Virus record (IMG/VR): IMGVR_UViG_3300034062_006395
Span: 1-64,000 of that record
DNA from: an uncultured virus (IMG/VR IMGVR_UViG_3300034062_006395)
Lineage: Duplodnaviria; Heunggongvirae; Uroviricota; Caudoviricetes
Length of the DNA: 64,000 bases
Strand: one strand, 5' to 3'
The first letter of the stretch is position 1; every line of letters starts with the position of its first letter. The translations under genes were made by a program, and so were the position numbers. Below the pieces are notes generated by a model. The model worked only from the letters and a program-made list of their open reading frames with translations, was not told the DNA's origin and did no database searches. Below, one piece after another: positions 27,864-37,095 of this stretch.

Positions 27864-28664
27864 ATGAAAACAAGTATTGAAAAACAAAAAGAAGTATTAA
27901 AATTAAGAGATCAAGGTCTAAATTTTACTGAAATTGGTAAAATTATGAGTTTTGATCGCCATACTGTTGCAAGGATTGTTAATAAAAAATATAAATCACA
28001 AACTCGTGTAAAACTTGAGGTGTTTAATAACATGTCAAATGATTTGTATTATTTTATTGGTTTATTAGCAACAGATGGATGTATTTATAAAGATCGTGTT
28101 GAAATTTCTTTGGTTGAAAAGGACATTGATATCTTAGAAAAATTTAAACTTTTTCTTGGTGATAATGTTAATATTTTAAAAAAACAAAAGGTGATTAATG
28201 AAAAAACTTTTGTTTCTTATAAAATAGCTTTTCGTTCTAAAGAAATTGTTGAGTTATTGAATTCTTATGGGTTAACTTCTCGTAAAACATTTGATTTGAA
28301 ATTAAAAATCAAATTAAATTGGCATATATTACGAGGTATTATTGATGGTGATGGATCATTTATTGTTCCAACTAAAGGTAATCCAAGAATTAATATAATT
28401 TCAGCATCTGAAGACTTTTTAAAACAAATTTCAGAGTTCTTAACGGAAAATAATATAGAACATCGTTTTAATAAACAACGTTCTTATTATGTTATAAATA
28501 TTTCTAAACAACATTTTGTACTTAAAACAATAGATAATTTATATCAAGAAACAGATACTTTCATACAAAGAAAGTATTTTACCGCCCTCCAAGTGAGAAA
28601 TTACTTGGTAATAAAGTTGTCAAATTCGGGGAACCAGTTTCAGGAATCCCGAGCTAAGCCTTAA
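27864..28664 (+). CDS. LAGLIDADG homing endonuclease with N-terminal HTH (intron-encoded)
   Basis: YFIGLLATDGC and ILRGIIDGDGS motifs; N-terminal GLNFTEIGKIMSFDRHTVARI helix-turn-helix. Confidence 0.92.
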   Translation: MKTSIEKQKEVLKLRDQGLNFTEIGKIMSFDRHTVARIVNKKYKSQTRVKLEVFNNMSNDLYYFIGLLATDGCIYKDRVEISLVEKDIDILEKFKLFLGDNVNILKKQKVINEKTFVSYKIAFRSKEIVELLNSYGLTSRKTFDLKLKIKLNWHILRGIIDGDGSFIVPTKGNPRINIISASEDFLKQISEFLTENNIEHRFNKQRSYYVINISKQHFVLKTIDNLYQETDTFIQRKYFTALQVRNYLVIKLSNSGNQFQESRAKP

Positions 28665-28754
28665 ATTTTAAGGAAAGTGTAGAGACTTGACGGCAACTAC
28701 CTTCATGTGTAAAAACAAAAGGTAAAGAGAAAGTCCGTGTAGAAAAAACTACAG

Positions 28755-29633
28755 GGTGAGTACGTCACTCAAGTATTAAAAGGTGATGTTGGTTTTTACA
28801 AACTGTATCGTCTTTTAAAGTTAATATCAAAGAATTGTAAAATCGACAGAAGATGTGGAATACACATTCACGTTGGTAATGCAAAATTCAATAAGTACTT
28901 TAATATTGCAGCTTATATTTTAGCAAAACAATTAGAGAATGAAATATTTTCTTTAATGTTACCATCACGTAGAGATAACGATATGTGTGGTAGATTGTTT
29001 GATAAAAGAGTAGCTGAATTTAAAAGTATTTTAAAGAATTCTAATGATATTGAATCTGGAGTTGACATGTGTTATCACAAGTTTTTCAAAGAACTTTCAA
29101 TTTCAAATGAAATAGGTAGAAATTCTAATAAATTCTCTCCACATCCAGGAGGAAGATATACATTCAGATATCAAAGAGATATTAATATTAAAAAGTTAGA
29201 TAGATATAAGTGGTTAAATTTCATTGCTTGTAATTTCAATATGAGAAACAAGCATATAAATAAAAAAATCAAAGATAAAAATAATGGATTTAATGACTTT
29301 TTAACTTTAGAATTTAGATTACATCACGCAACTTTAAACTTTGAAGAAGTTAGAAATTGGATTTTAATTTGTTTTGCATTTGTAAACTTTGTTGAAAAGA
29401 ATTACAATAAGATACTTAAAAATAGTGAAAGTATAACTTTAAAAGAGCTTATATTATTCTCTTATACAGGATATACTGCAAGATTGTTATTAGAACATAT
29501 AAGTTCATCACAAGTTCTTTACAACGAATCTTTTAATGAAGATATATATTACAAAGAAAGTACTACATCAGTCGAATTCAATACATTAAAAGATTATATA
29601 AACTATGTGTCTGATAATATACAAAGACAATAA
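28755..29633 (+). CDS. Putative amidoligase, exon 2 (spliced product about 822 aa)
   Basis: GEYVTQVLKG, CGIHIHVG, LPSRR, RYKWLN, TLEFRLH; in frame with ORF 28956-29633. Confidence 0.85.
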   Translation, partial: GEYVTQVLKGDVGFYKLYRLLKLISKNCKIDRRCGIHIHVGNAKFNKYFNIAAYILAKQLENEIFSLMLPSRRDNDMCGRLFDKRVAEFKSILKNSNDIESGVDMCYHKFFKELSISNEIGRNSNKFSPHPGGRYTFRYQRDINIKKLDRYKWLNFIACNFNMRNKHINKKIKDKNNGFNDFLTLEFRLHHATLNFEEVRNWILICFAFVNFVEKNYNKILKNSESITLKELILFSYTGYTARLLLEHISSSQVLYNESFNEDIYYKESTTSVEFNTLKDYINYVSDNIQRQ

Positions 29634-30528
29634 AACCCCAATTTCTGGGTATTTCTATAAATCTATTGCAAGATCATATTATTTAAGAAACCAAGATGGT
29701 TTCGGATATGCTCTTAAAAGAGATAAAGAAATTCAACTTTACAAAGATAACACAGGCACAATTGAAGATTTCATTAAAAGAATTAAATCATTGAATGTAA
29801 GACCTTCAGATGAGTTGATGATTCATTTAAGAAAAAGAAGTGCAGGTACTGATAATATAAAAAATATTCAACCGCAAATTATAACAAATGAAGAAGAAAT
29901 ATTATCACTTAAAGAAATAACTAATATTAAAAAACAAGGAGTATTTTCTCATAACGGAACAATGATGACTTATCAAGAACATAATAAAGTTTTGAGTGAT
30001 ACTTCTTTTTTTAATGTTACTTTATTAGGACTTACTGATGCTTATTCTTTTTTATCAAATTTATTAAAATTATGTAAAACTGATATTCTAAAATTGATAA
30101 ATTATGAAAGTAACAGATTAGTATTTATATTTCCAAATAAACCTACGATTCTTTTAGGATATTTCAAAAAAGATGGTCCAAATGAAAAAATACAGTATTA
30201 TTTTTCAAACAGAAGTTATGAATTTAAAAATGAAAATCCTACAGCTTATCAAATAACAGATAATTTTAAATTACATGGTCTTGATAATTCAAAACCACTT
30301 AGACATGAATATGTAAAGAAATTTGAATTAATGTCTGTTAGTACAACTTCATCAGTTATTAGACCAACTATAAGTTCATTTTCTACAAATAATAAAAAAC
30401 ATGTATGGTGTAGAACTTGTCAAACTAATGTTTTAAAAGACACCAGTTGTAGAATTAAAGGTTGTGATATAAATGATGATAGTAACTATCACAGACATTT
30501 AAGTATGTTTAATACAGAGTATGATTAA
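29605..30528 (+). CDS. Second class II glutamine amidotransferase-like protein
   Basis: MCLII, NQDGFGY, IHLRKRSAG, FSHNG, SDT. Confidence 0.85.
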   Translation: MCLIIYKDNKTPISGYFYKSIARSYYLRNQDGFGYALKRDKEIQLYKDNTGTIEDFIKRIKSLNVRPSDELMIHLRKRSAGTDNIKNIQPQIITNEEEILSLKEITNIKKQGVFSHNGTMMTYQEHNKVLSDTSFFNVTLLGLTDAYSFLSNLLKLCKTDILKLINYESNRLVFIFPNKPTILLGYFKKDGPNEKIQYYFSNRSYEFKNENPTAYQITDNFKLHGLDNSKPLRHEYVKKFELMSVSTTSSVIRPTISSFSTNNKKHVWCRTCQTNVLKDTSCRIKGCDINDDSNYHRHLSMFNTEYD

Positions 30529-30545
30529 TAAATAACCAATTTAAA

Positions 30546-31643
30546 ATGAATAAAGAAAAAGATAATATTCAAAGAAATGCAGAAAAAATACTTGAAAAAA
30601 ATCAATTTAAAGGCACAGTCGCCTTAGCCACAGGATGTGGAAAATCAAAAATATTCATAAATATCTGTAAACGTTTTCCAAATAAGAAATGGCTTTTAGT
30701 TGTTCCAACAGAAGAACTAAGAGATGAAAACTGGAAAGAAGAATTTTCTAAGTGGGGAGAGCTGCAATTATATGAAAATATAAAAAAATGCTGTTATGCA
30801 AGTTTAAAGAAAGAAGATATATCACAATATGATGGTATATGTTTTGATGAATCACACAATGTGACCGTTAATAATACTTCTAATTTAGATCTTGCAAAAA
30901 AAGATTGTTTTATGATTTCTTTAACTGCAACTCCTCCTCATGAAGAAGATAAGTTACTTATATTTAAGAAGTATTTTCCAATCTTGTACAAAATTACATT
31001 AGAAGAAGCTGTTAATTTAAAGTTAATCAGTCCTTTTAATATAAAAGTCATTGAATTAAATTTAGACAATACAGATCGTTATATTGAAGAAAAATATGGT
31101 AAAGTTACTGAAGTTAAGAAATATGAGATAATTAATAGAAGAATTAACCAAATAATGTTTTCTGGAAAACAAGTACCTGAATATTTGTATTTACAGAGAA
31201 TGCATTTTTTATACAATTTAAAATCTAAAGAAAAAATTGCAAAAAAACTTATAGAAAAATTTGGAAATGACGAAAGAATTTTGTACTTTTGTAGTTCAAT
31301 AAAACAAGCAGAGTCCTTATGTGATAACGTATATCATTCAAAATCAACTAATAGTGATTTAATTGCGTTTAAAAACGGTCAAATAAACAAATTAGCCGTT
31401 GTTCGAGCAATAAATGAAGGACATAACATTGAAAATGTAGATAAAGCTTTAATCGTTCAATTAGTTTCAAACCCAAGAGAAACAATTCAACGAATTGGAA
31501 GAACTGTCCGCTTACGTGACGATCATCAGGCTACAATCTATATTCTATGTGTCTTAAACACCCAAGATGAAAAATGGGTAGAAAAGACCTTATTACATTT
31601 TGATAAAGATATCATTGAATTTATTAATTCAAAAAACATTTAA
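30546..31643 (+). CDS. Superfamily 2 helicase (DExH)
   Basis: ATGCGKS, DESH, LTATP, QRIGRTVR. Confidence 0.92.
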   Translation: MNKEKDNIQRNAEKILEKNQFKGTVALATGCGKSKIFINICKRFPNKKWLLVVPTEELRDENWKEEFSKWGELQLYENIKKCCYASLKKEDISQYDGICFDESHNVTVNNTSNLDLAKKDCFMISLTATPPHEEDKLLIFKKYFPILYKITLEEAVNLKLISPFNIKVIELNLDNTDRYIEEKYGKVTEVKKYEIINRRINQIMFSGKQVPEYLYLQRMHFLYNLKSKEKIAKKLIEKFGNDERILYFCSSIKQAESLCDNVYHSKSTNSDLIAFKNGQINKLAVVRAINEGHNIENVDKALIVQLVSNPRETIQRIGRTVRLRDDHQATIYILCVLNTQDEKWVEKTLLHFDKDIIEFINSKNI

Positions 31644-31787
31644 ATGGAAAAAAACATCAAAAAGGTAACAAGATTTGAAGTTATCGACGATACTGGTAGA
31701 TTACTTGTTCGTCACAAAGTTAAAGTTGAACTATCAGTTCAAGATGATGGTAAAACTTTAAAAGCATTTTTAACTAATATTTAAGAT

Positions 31788-32030
31788 ATGAATAAAATAC
31801 CAACAGCTGAAGAGTTTCTTTTAAAAATAGAAGAGTTTCATCCAGAACATATTAAAAACAAAAATACTATTGATTATAAAGTAAAGCAAAAATTAATTGA
31901 ATTTGCTAAACTTCATGTAGAAGCTGCGTTAAAAGAGGCAGCAGAAACAAATTACTCCTCAGAAAAAGCTAATTTTGAACTGGTTAATAAAAGTATCTTA
32001 AATTCATATCCACTTTCAAACATTAAATAG
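31788..32030 (+). CDS. Hypothetical phage protein
   Basis: IPTAEEFL...LIEFAKLHVEAALKEA...SILNSYPL. Confidence 0.7.
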   Translation: MNKIPTAEEFLLKIEEFHPEHIKNKNTIDYKVKQKLIEFAKLHVEAALKEAAETNYSSEKANFELVNKSILNSYPLSNIK

Positions 32031-32032
32031 TT

Positions 32033-32278
32033 ATGACAACACCACAAATCGTAGTTCTTACTGTTTTAGCTGCTTTAATTATTATAGGCTACTTAGGAAC
32101 AAATCTTAGTTTAAAAGAAAATAATAGACTTGCCTACGGAGCTGTACAACTTATTAGTACAGGATTGTTATTTACAATTACTGTAATTATGACTCTTGAT
32201 CGACAACGTTGTGTAGGAGAGTATAAAGGTAAATGTCCTGAGTACGAACATATTGACGCTTATCGTTTAAAAGAATAA
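32033..32278 (+). CDS. Small membrane protein
   Basis: Two TM segments; CPEYE C-terminus. Confidence 0.65.
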   Translation: MTTPQIVVLTVLAALIIIGYLGTNLSLKENNRLAYGAVQLISTGLLFTITVIMTLDRQRCVGEYKGKCPEYEHIDAYRLKE

Positions 32279-32752
32279 TAAATGAATGCAACATTTAAAT
32301 ACAATGGTGGATTAGGTGCTCTTTTATGTTCTAATTGTTCTGTTATTATTAAAACTGGAAGAGAGTTTACAAAACAAGAATATATGGCAATTAGAAATGA
32401 AATAAAATTAGAACCACAATATTGTGAAAAATGCAAAAATCATGACTAAACCAGGATTTTTTATGACAAGATTGAATCAAATATTTGATTCTAATCATCC
32501 AAATGATATTAAAAATCAAACAATGGCTGTAGAAGAGTATAATGAAAAAACAAATCAAAATATTAGTATTGAAGAGTTTAAAATGAGACTTAAGAATGAT
32601 AAAATTACAATTACTGATTTTAACTTTAAATAATATGGAGACAATAGATGAACTTTTAGAACATTATAAAATTAAGAAAATTAAATGTAATAAGTGCTTA
32701 GACACTGGAGAAATTTTTAACATAGAAGAAAACAAAATGAAAAAATGTAAGC

Positions 32753-33271
32753 ATGAAGATAATAGTAGATTTAGAACTAATAAAAGATTTAAACTTAACA
32801 CCTAACCAATATGTAACATTATATTTATTGTTTTATAACATTGAACATGATTTTGATAATACAGCTAATATAAAACAACTTCAACTTAAAAATTGGTTAG
32901 ATGAAAAATGCAATGTTATTCACCCATTTAGAGAGAGATTATTTTCAACAAAAGTAGATTGGATTCAAGAATGGGTAGATTTATTTCCAACAATGAGTGT
33001 GACAGGTTTAACATATCACATTTCAGCAAACACAAAAGAATGCGAAAAGAGAATGTTTACTTTTTTATTGAATTATCCTCAATTTAATAAAGAGATTATA
33101 TTCCAAGCAACTGCAAATTATTTGAATAGACAAGAACATCAAGGTTGGAAATACACAAAGAAGAATTATAAATTCATAAATGACAGAGAAGGTTCTGTAC
33201 TTGAAAAAGAATGTCTTATGGTATTAAAAGGAGAAAAAGAAATTTACAAAGATTATGGAGAAGACATCTAA
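32753..33271 (+). CDS. Hypothetical replication-associated protein (possible helicase loader/initiator)
   Basis: 172-aa ORF overlapping the start of the DnaB-like helicase; function inferred from position. Confidence 0.55.
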   Translation: MKIIVDLELIKDLNLTPNQYVTLYLLFYNIEHDFDNTANIKQLQLKNWLDEKCNVIHPFRERLFSTKVDWIQEWVDLFPTMSVTGLTYHISANTKECEKRMFTFLLNYPQFNKEIIFQATANYLNRQEHQGWKYTKKNYKFINDREGSVLEKECLMVLKGEKEIYKDYGEDI

Positions 33272-34364
33272 ATTAATATTTGATGAAGTATTAGCTAAAA
33301 TTAAAAAGAACAAAGAAGTTCGTGAAAAAAATGGTTTCACTTGTATTCCATTAGGATTACCAAGATTTGAGCAAATTTTACCAGGAATTATACAAGGTTT
33401 GTATTACATTGTTACAGCATCAAGCGGTGTTGGTAAAACTCAAATAACTAAACATCTATTTGTTAACAGTCCTTTTAAGTTTTATAAGGAAAACAAAAAT
33501 CCTAAATTCAAGCTTAAAATATTTTATTTTGCATTAGAGGAATCAAAACAAGCTTTTATTTTAAGTATGATTTCAAATTATATATTTGAAAAGTATGGAA
33601 AACAATATTCTCCATTAGAACTTGAATCATATTTAAAAGGAGTTAATATTAGCAATGAAATTGTTAATATGATTGAGGATGCAAGAGATTACTTTAAAGA
33701 TTTTGAAGAGATTGTAACAATTATAGATCACATATATAATCCTACTGGAATTTTCAAGTATATGGAAACATATGCTGAGCAAAATGGAACATTTCATAGA
33801 GGACACGAAAAAGTTATTTATCGAGATAAAAATGGTGAAAAGAAAGAAGAATTAAAAAATATAATTACAGGTTATACACCTAATAATCCAGATGAATATG
33901 TTATTGTTATAACTGACCATATTAGTTTATTACATCCAGAACAAAAAGAAGATTTACACCAAACAATGGGTAAATTTAGCTCTGAATATTGTTTAAAGAT
34001 GGTAAAAAGATTTAATTACACAGTTATAAATGTACAACAGCAAGCTGCTTCACAAGAAGGTATTGAGAACATTAAATTATCGAAATTAGAACCTTCTTTG
34101 AATGGTCTTGCTGATAATAAACTTACACAACGTGATGCTGACGTAGTATTAGGTTTATTTGCTCCTAACAGACATGATTTAAAAACTCATGCGAAATATG
34201 ATATTGAGAAATTAAGAGATAATTATCGTTCCTTAAATATTCTAAAATTTAGACAAGGTGTTTCAAATGTACGAATCGGTTTATATTTTAGAGGAGAAAG
34301 TAATTATTTTGAAGAGTTACCAAAATCAAATGACTTAGAGAAATTAGAAAAATATTATAATTAA
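33255..34364 (+). CDS. DnaB-like (SF4) replicative helicase
   Basis: TASSGVGKT Walker A, YFALEES, VITDHI, VQQQ, QRDADVVLGLF, LKFRQG. Confidence 0.88.
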   Translation: MEKTSKLIFDEVLAKIKKNKEVREKNGFTCIPLGLPRFEQILPGIIQGLYYIVTASSGVGKTQITKHLFVNSPFKFYKENKNPKFKLKIFYFALEESKQAFILSMISNYIFEKYGKQYSPLELESYLKGVNISNEIVNMIEDARDYFKDFEEIVTIIDHIYNPTGIFKYMETYAEQNGTFHRGHEKVIYRDKNGEKKEELKNIITGYTPNNPDEYVIVITDHISLLHPEQKEDLHQTMGKFSSEYCLKMVKRFNYTVINVQQQAASQEGIENIKLSKLEPSLNGLADNKLTQRDADVVLGLFAPNRHDLKTHAKYDIEKLRDNYRSLNILKFRQGVSNVRIGLYFRGESNYFEELPKSNDLEKLEKYYN

Positions 34365-34369
34365 AAATT

Positions 34370-35095
34370 ATGTTACCAAAAGAGATTATAAAAGCTGAAA
34401 CAGAAGATCCAAAGAAACTTTTAATTTATAGTCTTCCTAAAGTTGGAAAGACTACATTATTATCTCAACTTCCAAATAACTTGATAATTGATTTAGAAGA
34501 CGGTACAAATTACGTAGATGCTTTAAAAATTAAAGCAGAAACAATAAATGAACTGTTTGATATAATTAAAGAATTGAAAAAAAAGGAAGTTGAATATGAC
34601 TATATTACAATAGACACTATTAGTGCTCTTGAAGATTTAGTCATGCCTTATGCGTGTAAACTTTATAAAGAAACACCAATAGGTAAAAACTTTGATGGTG
34701 ATAATGTTTTTAAATTACCCAATGGTGCAGGATACCTATATCACAGAGAAGCATTCATGAAAGTAATTAAAGCACTTGAAAAATTACCAAAGAAGGGTTT
34801 AATCCTCGTAGGACATTTACGAGAGAAATTAGTTGATTTTAAAGGTAAAGAAGTATCTGCAAAAGATATTGATTTAACAGGTAAATTAAGTTCTATTTTA
34901 GGAGGTTATGTTGATTCAATTGCGTATGCGTATAGAGAAAATAACAATGTTATATTTACATTTAAAAACTCAGAAAACGTAATATGTGGTTCAAGATCTA
35001 ATCATCTAAGAGGACAAGATGTTATTATAAGTGAATTAGAAAATGATGAACTTAGAGTTCATTGGGAAAAAATCTATAAAGAGTTAAACAAATAA
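34370..35095 (+). CDS. AAA_24-like ATPase (Sak4-like recombination protein)
   Basis: YSLPKVGKTT, IIDLEDG, ITIDTIS, LVGH. Confidence 0.85.
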   Translation: MLPKEIIKAETEDPKKLLIYSLPKVGKTTLLSQLPNNLIIDLEDGTNYVDALKIKAETINELFDIIKELKKKEVEYDYITIDTISALEDLVMPYACKLYKETPIGKNFDGDNVFKLPNGAGYLYHREAFMKVIKALEKLPKKGLILVGHLREKLVDFKGKEVSAKDIDLTGKLSSILGGYVDSIAYAYRENNNVIFTFKNSENVICGSRSNHLRGQDVIISELENDELRVHWEKIYKELNK

Positions 35096-35109
35096 ACAAC
35101 AAAAGAAAC

Positions 35110-35916
35110 ATGAGCAATATTTTAAACACGAAACAAGCAACTATTACGAACAAAAAATTATATACAGGTTTAGCACCAGTTAAAGTAGTAGCAATCAATC
35201 CAACTACACAAGAATTAAGACAACTATTAAACAACGATGAAGTTAAAGAAGTATCATATTCACAAACAAATAGAGATGGTAATCCAACAACAAGGATTGA
35301 TTTCTGGTTGAGAAATGAAGATCTGAACATTTTAACTAAGTTTTCAGTTTTTATGTCTAATCAAGAAATAACTTACAAAAATGGTAAGAAACTATTGATT
35401 AACAATAAGCTGCAAACTACTATTGCTGAAAGCATTGATGCTGTTAAGCAAAATGAAAAAATGAAATGGTTCAGCACCGACAATGTTAGATATTGTAAAG
35501 AAGGTGAAGATATTTTATATAACTTTGTTAGTAACTTAGTGAATGCTGATTTAAATGCTGAAGATTTAGACTTTGAATTTTCTGATATTAATGCAATTAT
35601 AAATGGAAACGTTTCCGAACTTGTTTCTATTAATGATCATTTTAAAAGAGGAATTAAAGTTTTACTTGGTGTTAAAGTTGTAAATGGTAAAGAGTATCAA
35701 GAAGTTTACAAGCATAAGTTTCTAAGAGAAGAATCAAACGGTACTAAAATTATCGAAAGGTTCCTTTCACAACCATATACAGAATTTAAAGTAGATTACT
35801 ATACTATTAATTTAGAAGAATATGCAAGTGGAAAACCTTCCATGTCAAAAGAATTTAAAGCGTCTAATTTAGATGATGTTTTAAATGATTTGACTGAGGA
35901 TGATTTGAGCATCTAA
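35110..35916 (+). CDS. Conserved replication protein, putative ssDNA-binding
   Basis: YTGLAPVKVVAINP, RIDFWL; acidic C-terminal tail (LTEDDLSI); located between ATPase and primase. Confidence 0.6.
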   Translation: MSNILNTKQATITNKKLYTGLAPVKVVAINPTTQELRQLLNNDEVKEVSYSQTNRDGNPTTRIDFWLRNEDLNILTKFSVFMSNQEITYKNGKKLLINNKLQTTIAESIDAVKQNEKMKWFSTDNVRYCKEGEDILYNFVSNLVNADLNAEDLDFEFSDINAIINGNVSELVSINDHFKRGIKVLLGVKVVNGKEYQEVYKHKFLREESNGTKIIERFLSQPYTEFKVDYYTINLEEYASGKPSMSKEFKASNLDDVLNDLTEDDLSI

Positions 35917-35925
35917 TTTAACGGC

Positions 35926-35984
35926 TTCTGGTCGTATAAAGGTAGTATGCATTGAGGTCTTTGGTTCGACTCCAAAGCCAGAAA
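35926..35984 (+). ncRNA. tRNA-like element lacking an anticodon arm
   Basis: Acceptor TTCTGGT/GCCAGAA, D-like hairpin TATA-AAGGTAG-TATG, about 10-nt linker, T arm TTTGG-TTCGACT-CCAAA. Confidence 0.7.
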
Positions 35985-36003
35985 CAAAAAAACAAACAAT
36001 AAC

Positions 36004-37095
36004 ATGGTGATAAATAACAAAGCGGAAGTTTCATTAAAAGATTCTTTGCTTAAAAAAGTTAAGCAAGAAGAAATAATGCAAAGATACTTTCCAAAAGTAA
36101 TTGAAATATCAAAGCAATATGTAAATCCTTATAGGAAAGTAGGAATTGATAGAAATCCAGGATGTAAATTTTATTATAACAATGATAATGTATTAATTTT
36201 TAAAGATTTTGCTGATGATAAATATTCTGGTGATTGTTTCCAAATGGCAAAGAATTATTATGAACATAAGCACGATAGAGTTTATACATTTTTTGAAGTA
36301 TTAAAATACATTGAAAGATCTTTTCAAATCAATACTACTAATTTAAAATTAATTAAAAGTATAAATGAAGATAAAGAAGATAAACCTTCAATATCAAATA
36401 AGAAGTTTAAATTAAAAATAATTCCTACTTGTAGATTATTACATAATACTACTGAAGAACTTTATTTAATAAAGTTACTTGGAGATGCTTATTATAGAAA
36501 AATTAAAAATGCTGTAAAAACTGCTTATAATGTTACATTTGAGTATTACGATGAAAATAATGAAAAAAAATTCACAAAACAGTTGCGTTCAGTTGATGGA
36601 ACAAATCCTGTTTTTGTATTTCAATATTCACCTGAACATTTTCATATATATTTACCATTCAATAAAACTTTGGATAAAAATGGAAAGATAATTAAACATA
36701 GAAAAAATGTAACATTTGATATGTGGTATGATAATTTTTCAAAAAGCACAAATCCTGTAATTATAACTAAATCACCAATTGATGCTGAAATATGGGGTTC
36801 ATTTGGTTTTAGAGCTTTATCACCAGCATCTGAACATGTAACTAAATTTCCAGAAAAGATTTTTAAATTTCTAAAAGATAAAGATGTATTTTTAAATTAT
36901 GATCCAGATCCAACAGGATATAAATCAATGTCAAGAATTATTGAACAATACGACGATCATATGAATTTAAATTACTTATTATTTCCAGAAAAAGAAAAAG
37001 ATTTAAAAGGATATGTTTTGGAACATGGAAGAGAAAAAACTTATAATTATATAAATGAAATTTTAAAAAAAAATGACTCAGCTCAACCTGTTTGA
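36004..37095 (+). CDS. DNA primase (TOPRIM)
   Basis: NPYR..DRNPGC, FKDF, GDCF N-terminal module; ITKS..D, YDPDPTG, KDL. Confidence 0.8.
   Translation: MVINNKAEVSLKDSLLKKVKQEEIMQRYFPKVIEISKQYVNPYRKVGIDRNPGCKFYYNNDNVLIFKDFADDKYSGDCFQMAKNYYEHKHDRVYTFFEVLKYIERSFQINTTNLKLIKSINEDKEDKPSISNKKFKLKIIPTCRLLHNTTEELYLIKLLGDAYYRKIKNAVKTAYNVTFEYYDENNEKKFTKQLRSVDGTNPVFVFQYSPEHFHIYLPFNKTLDKNGKIIKHRKNVTFDMWYDNFSKSTNPVIITKSPIDAEIWGSFGFRALSPASEHVTKFPEKIFKFLKDKDVFLNYDPDPTGYKSMSRIIEQYDDHMNLNYLLFPEKEKDLKGYVLEHGREKTYNYINEILKKNDSAQPV

Larger units (their letters stand above)
27753..28754 (+). mobile_element. Group I intron in the amidoligase gene, with a LAGLIDADG endonuclease in L1
   Basis: Exon ends AGG GGT|; intron ends CTACAG|GGT GAG TAC; splicing restores IRG-GEYVT. 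IGS TTACC-G-CCCT near 28579-28588; P AAATTCGGGGAA; Q AATCCCGAG; R GTAGAGACTT; S GAGAAAGTCC; P9 TGTAG/CTACA. Confidence 0.9.
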
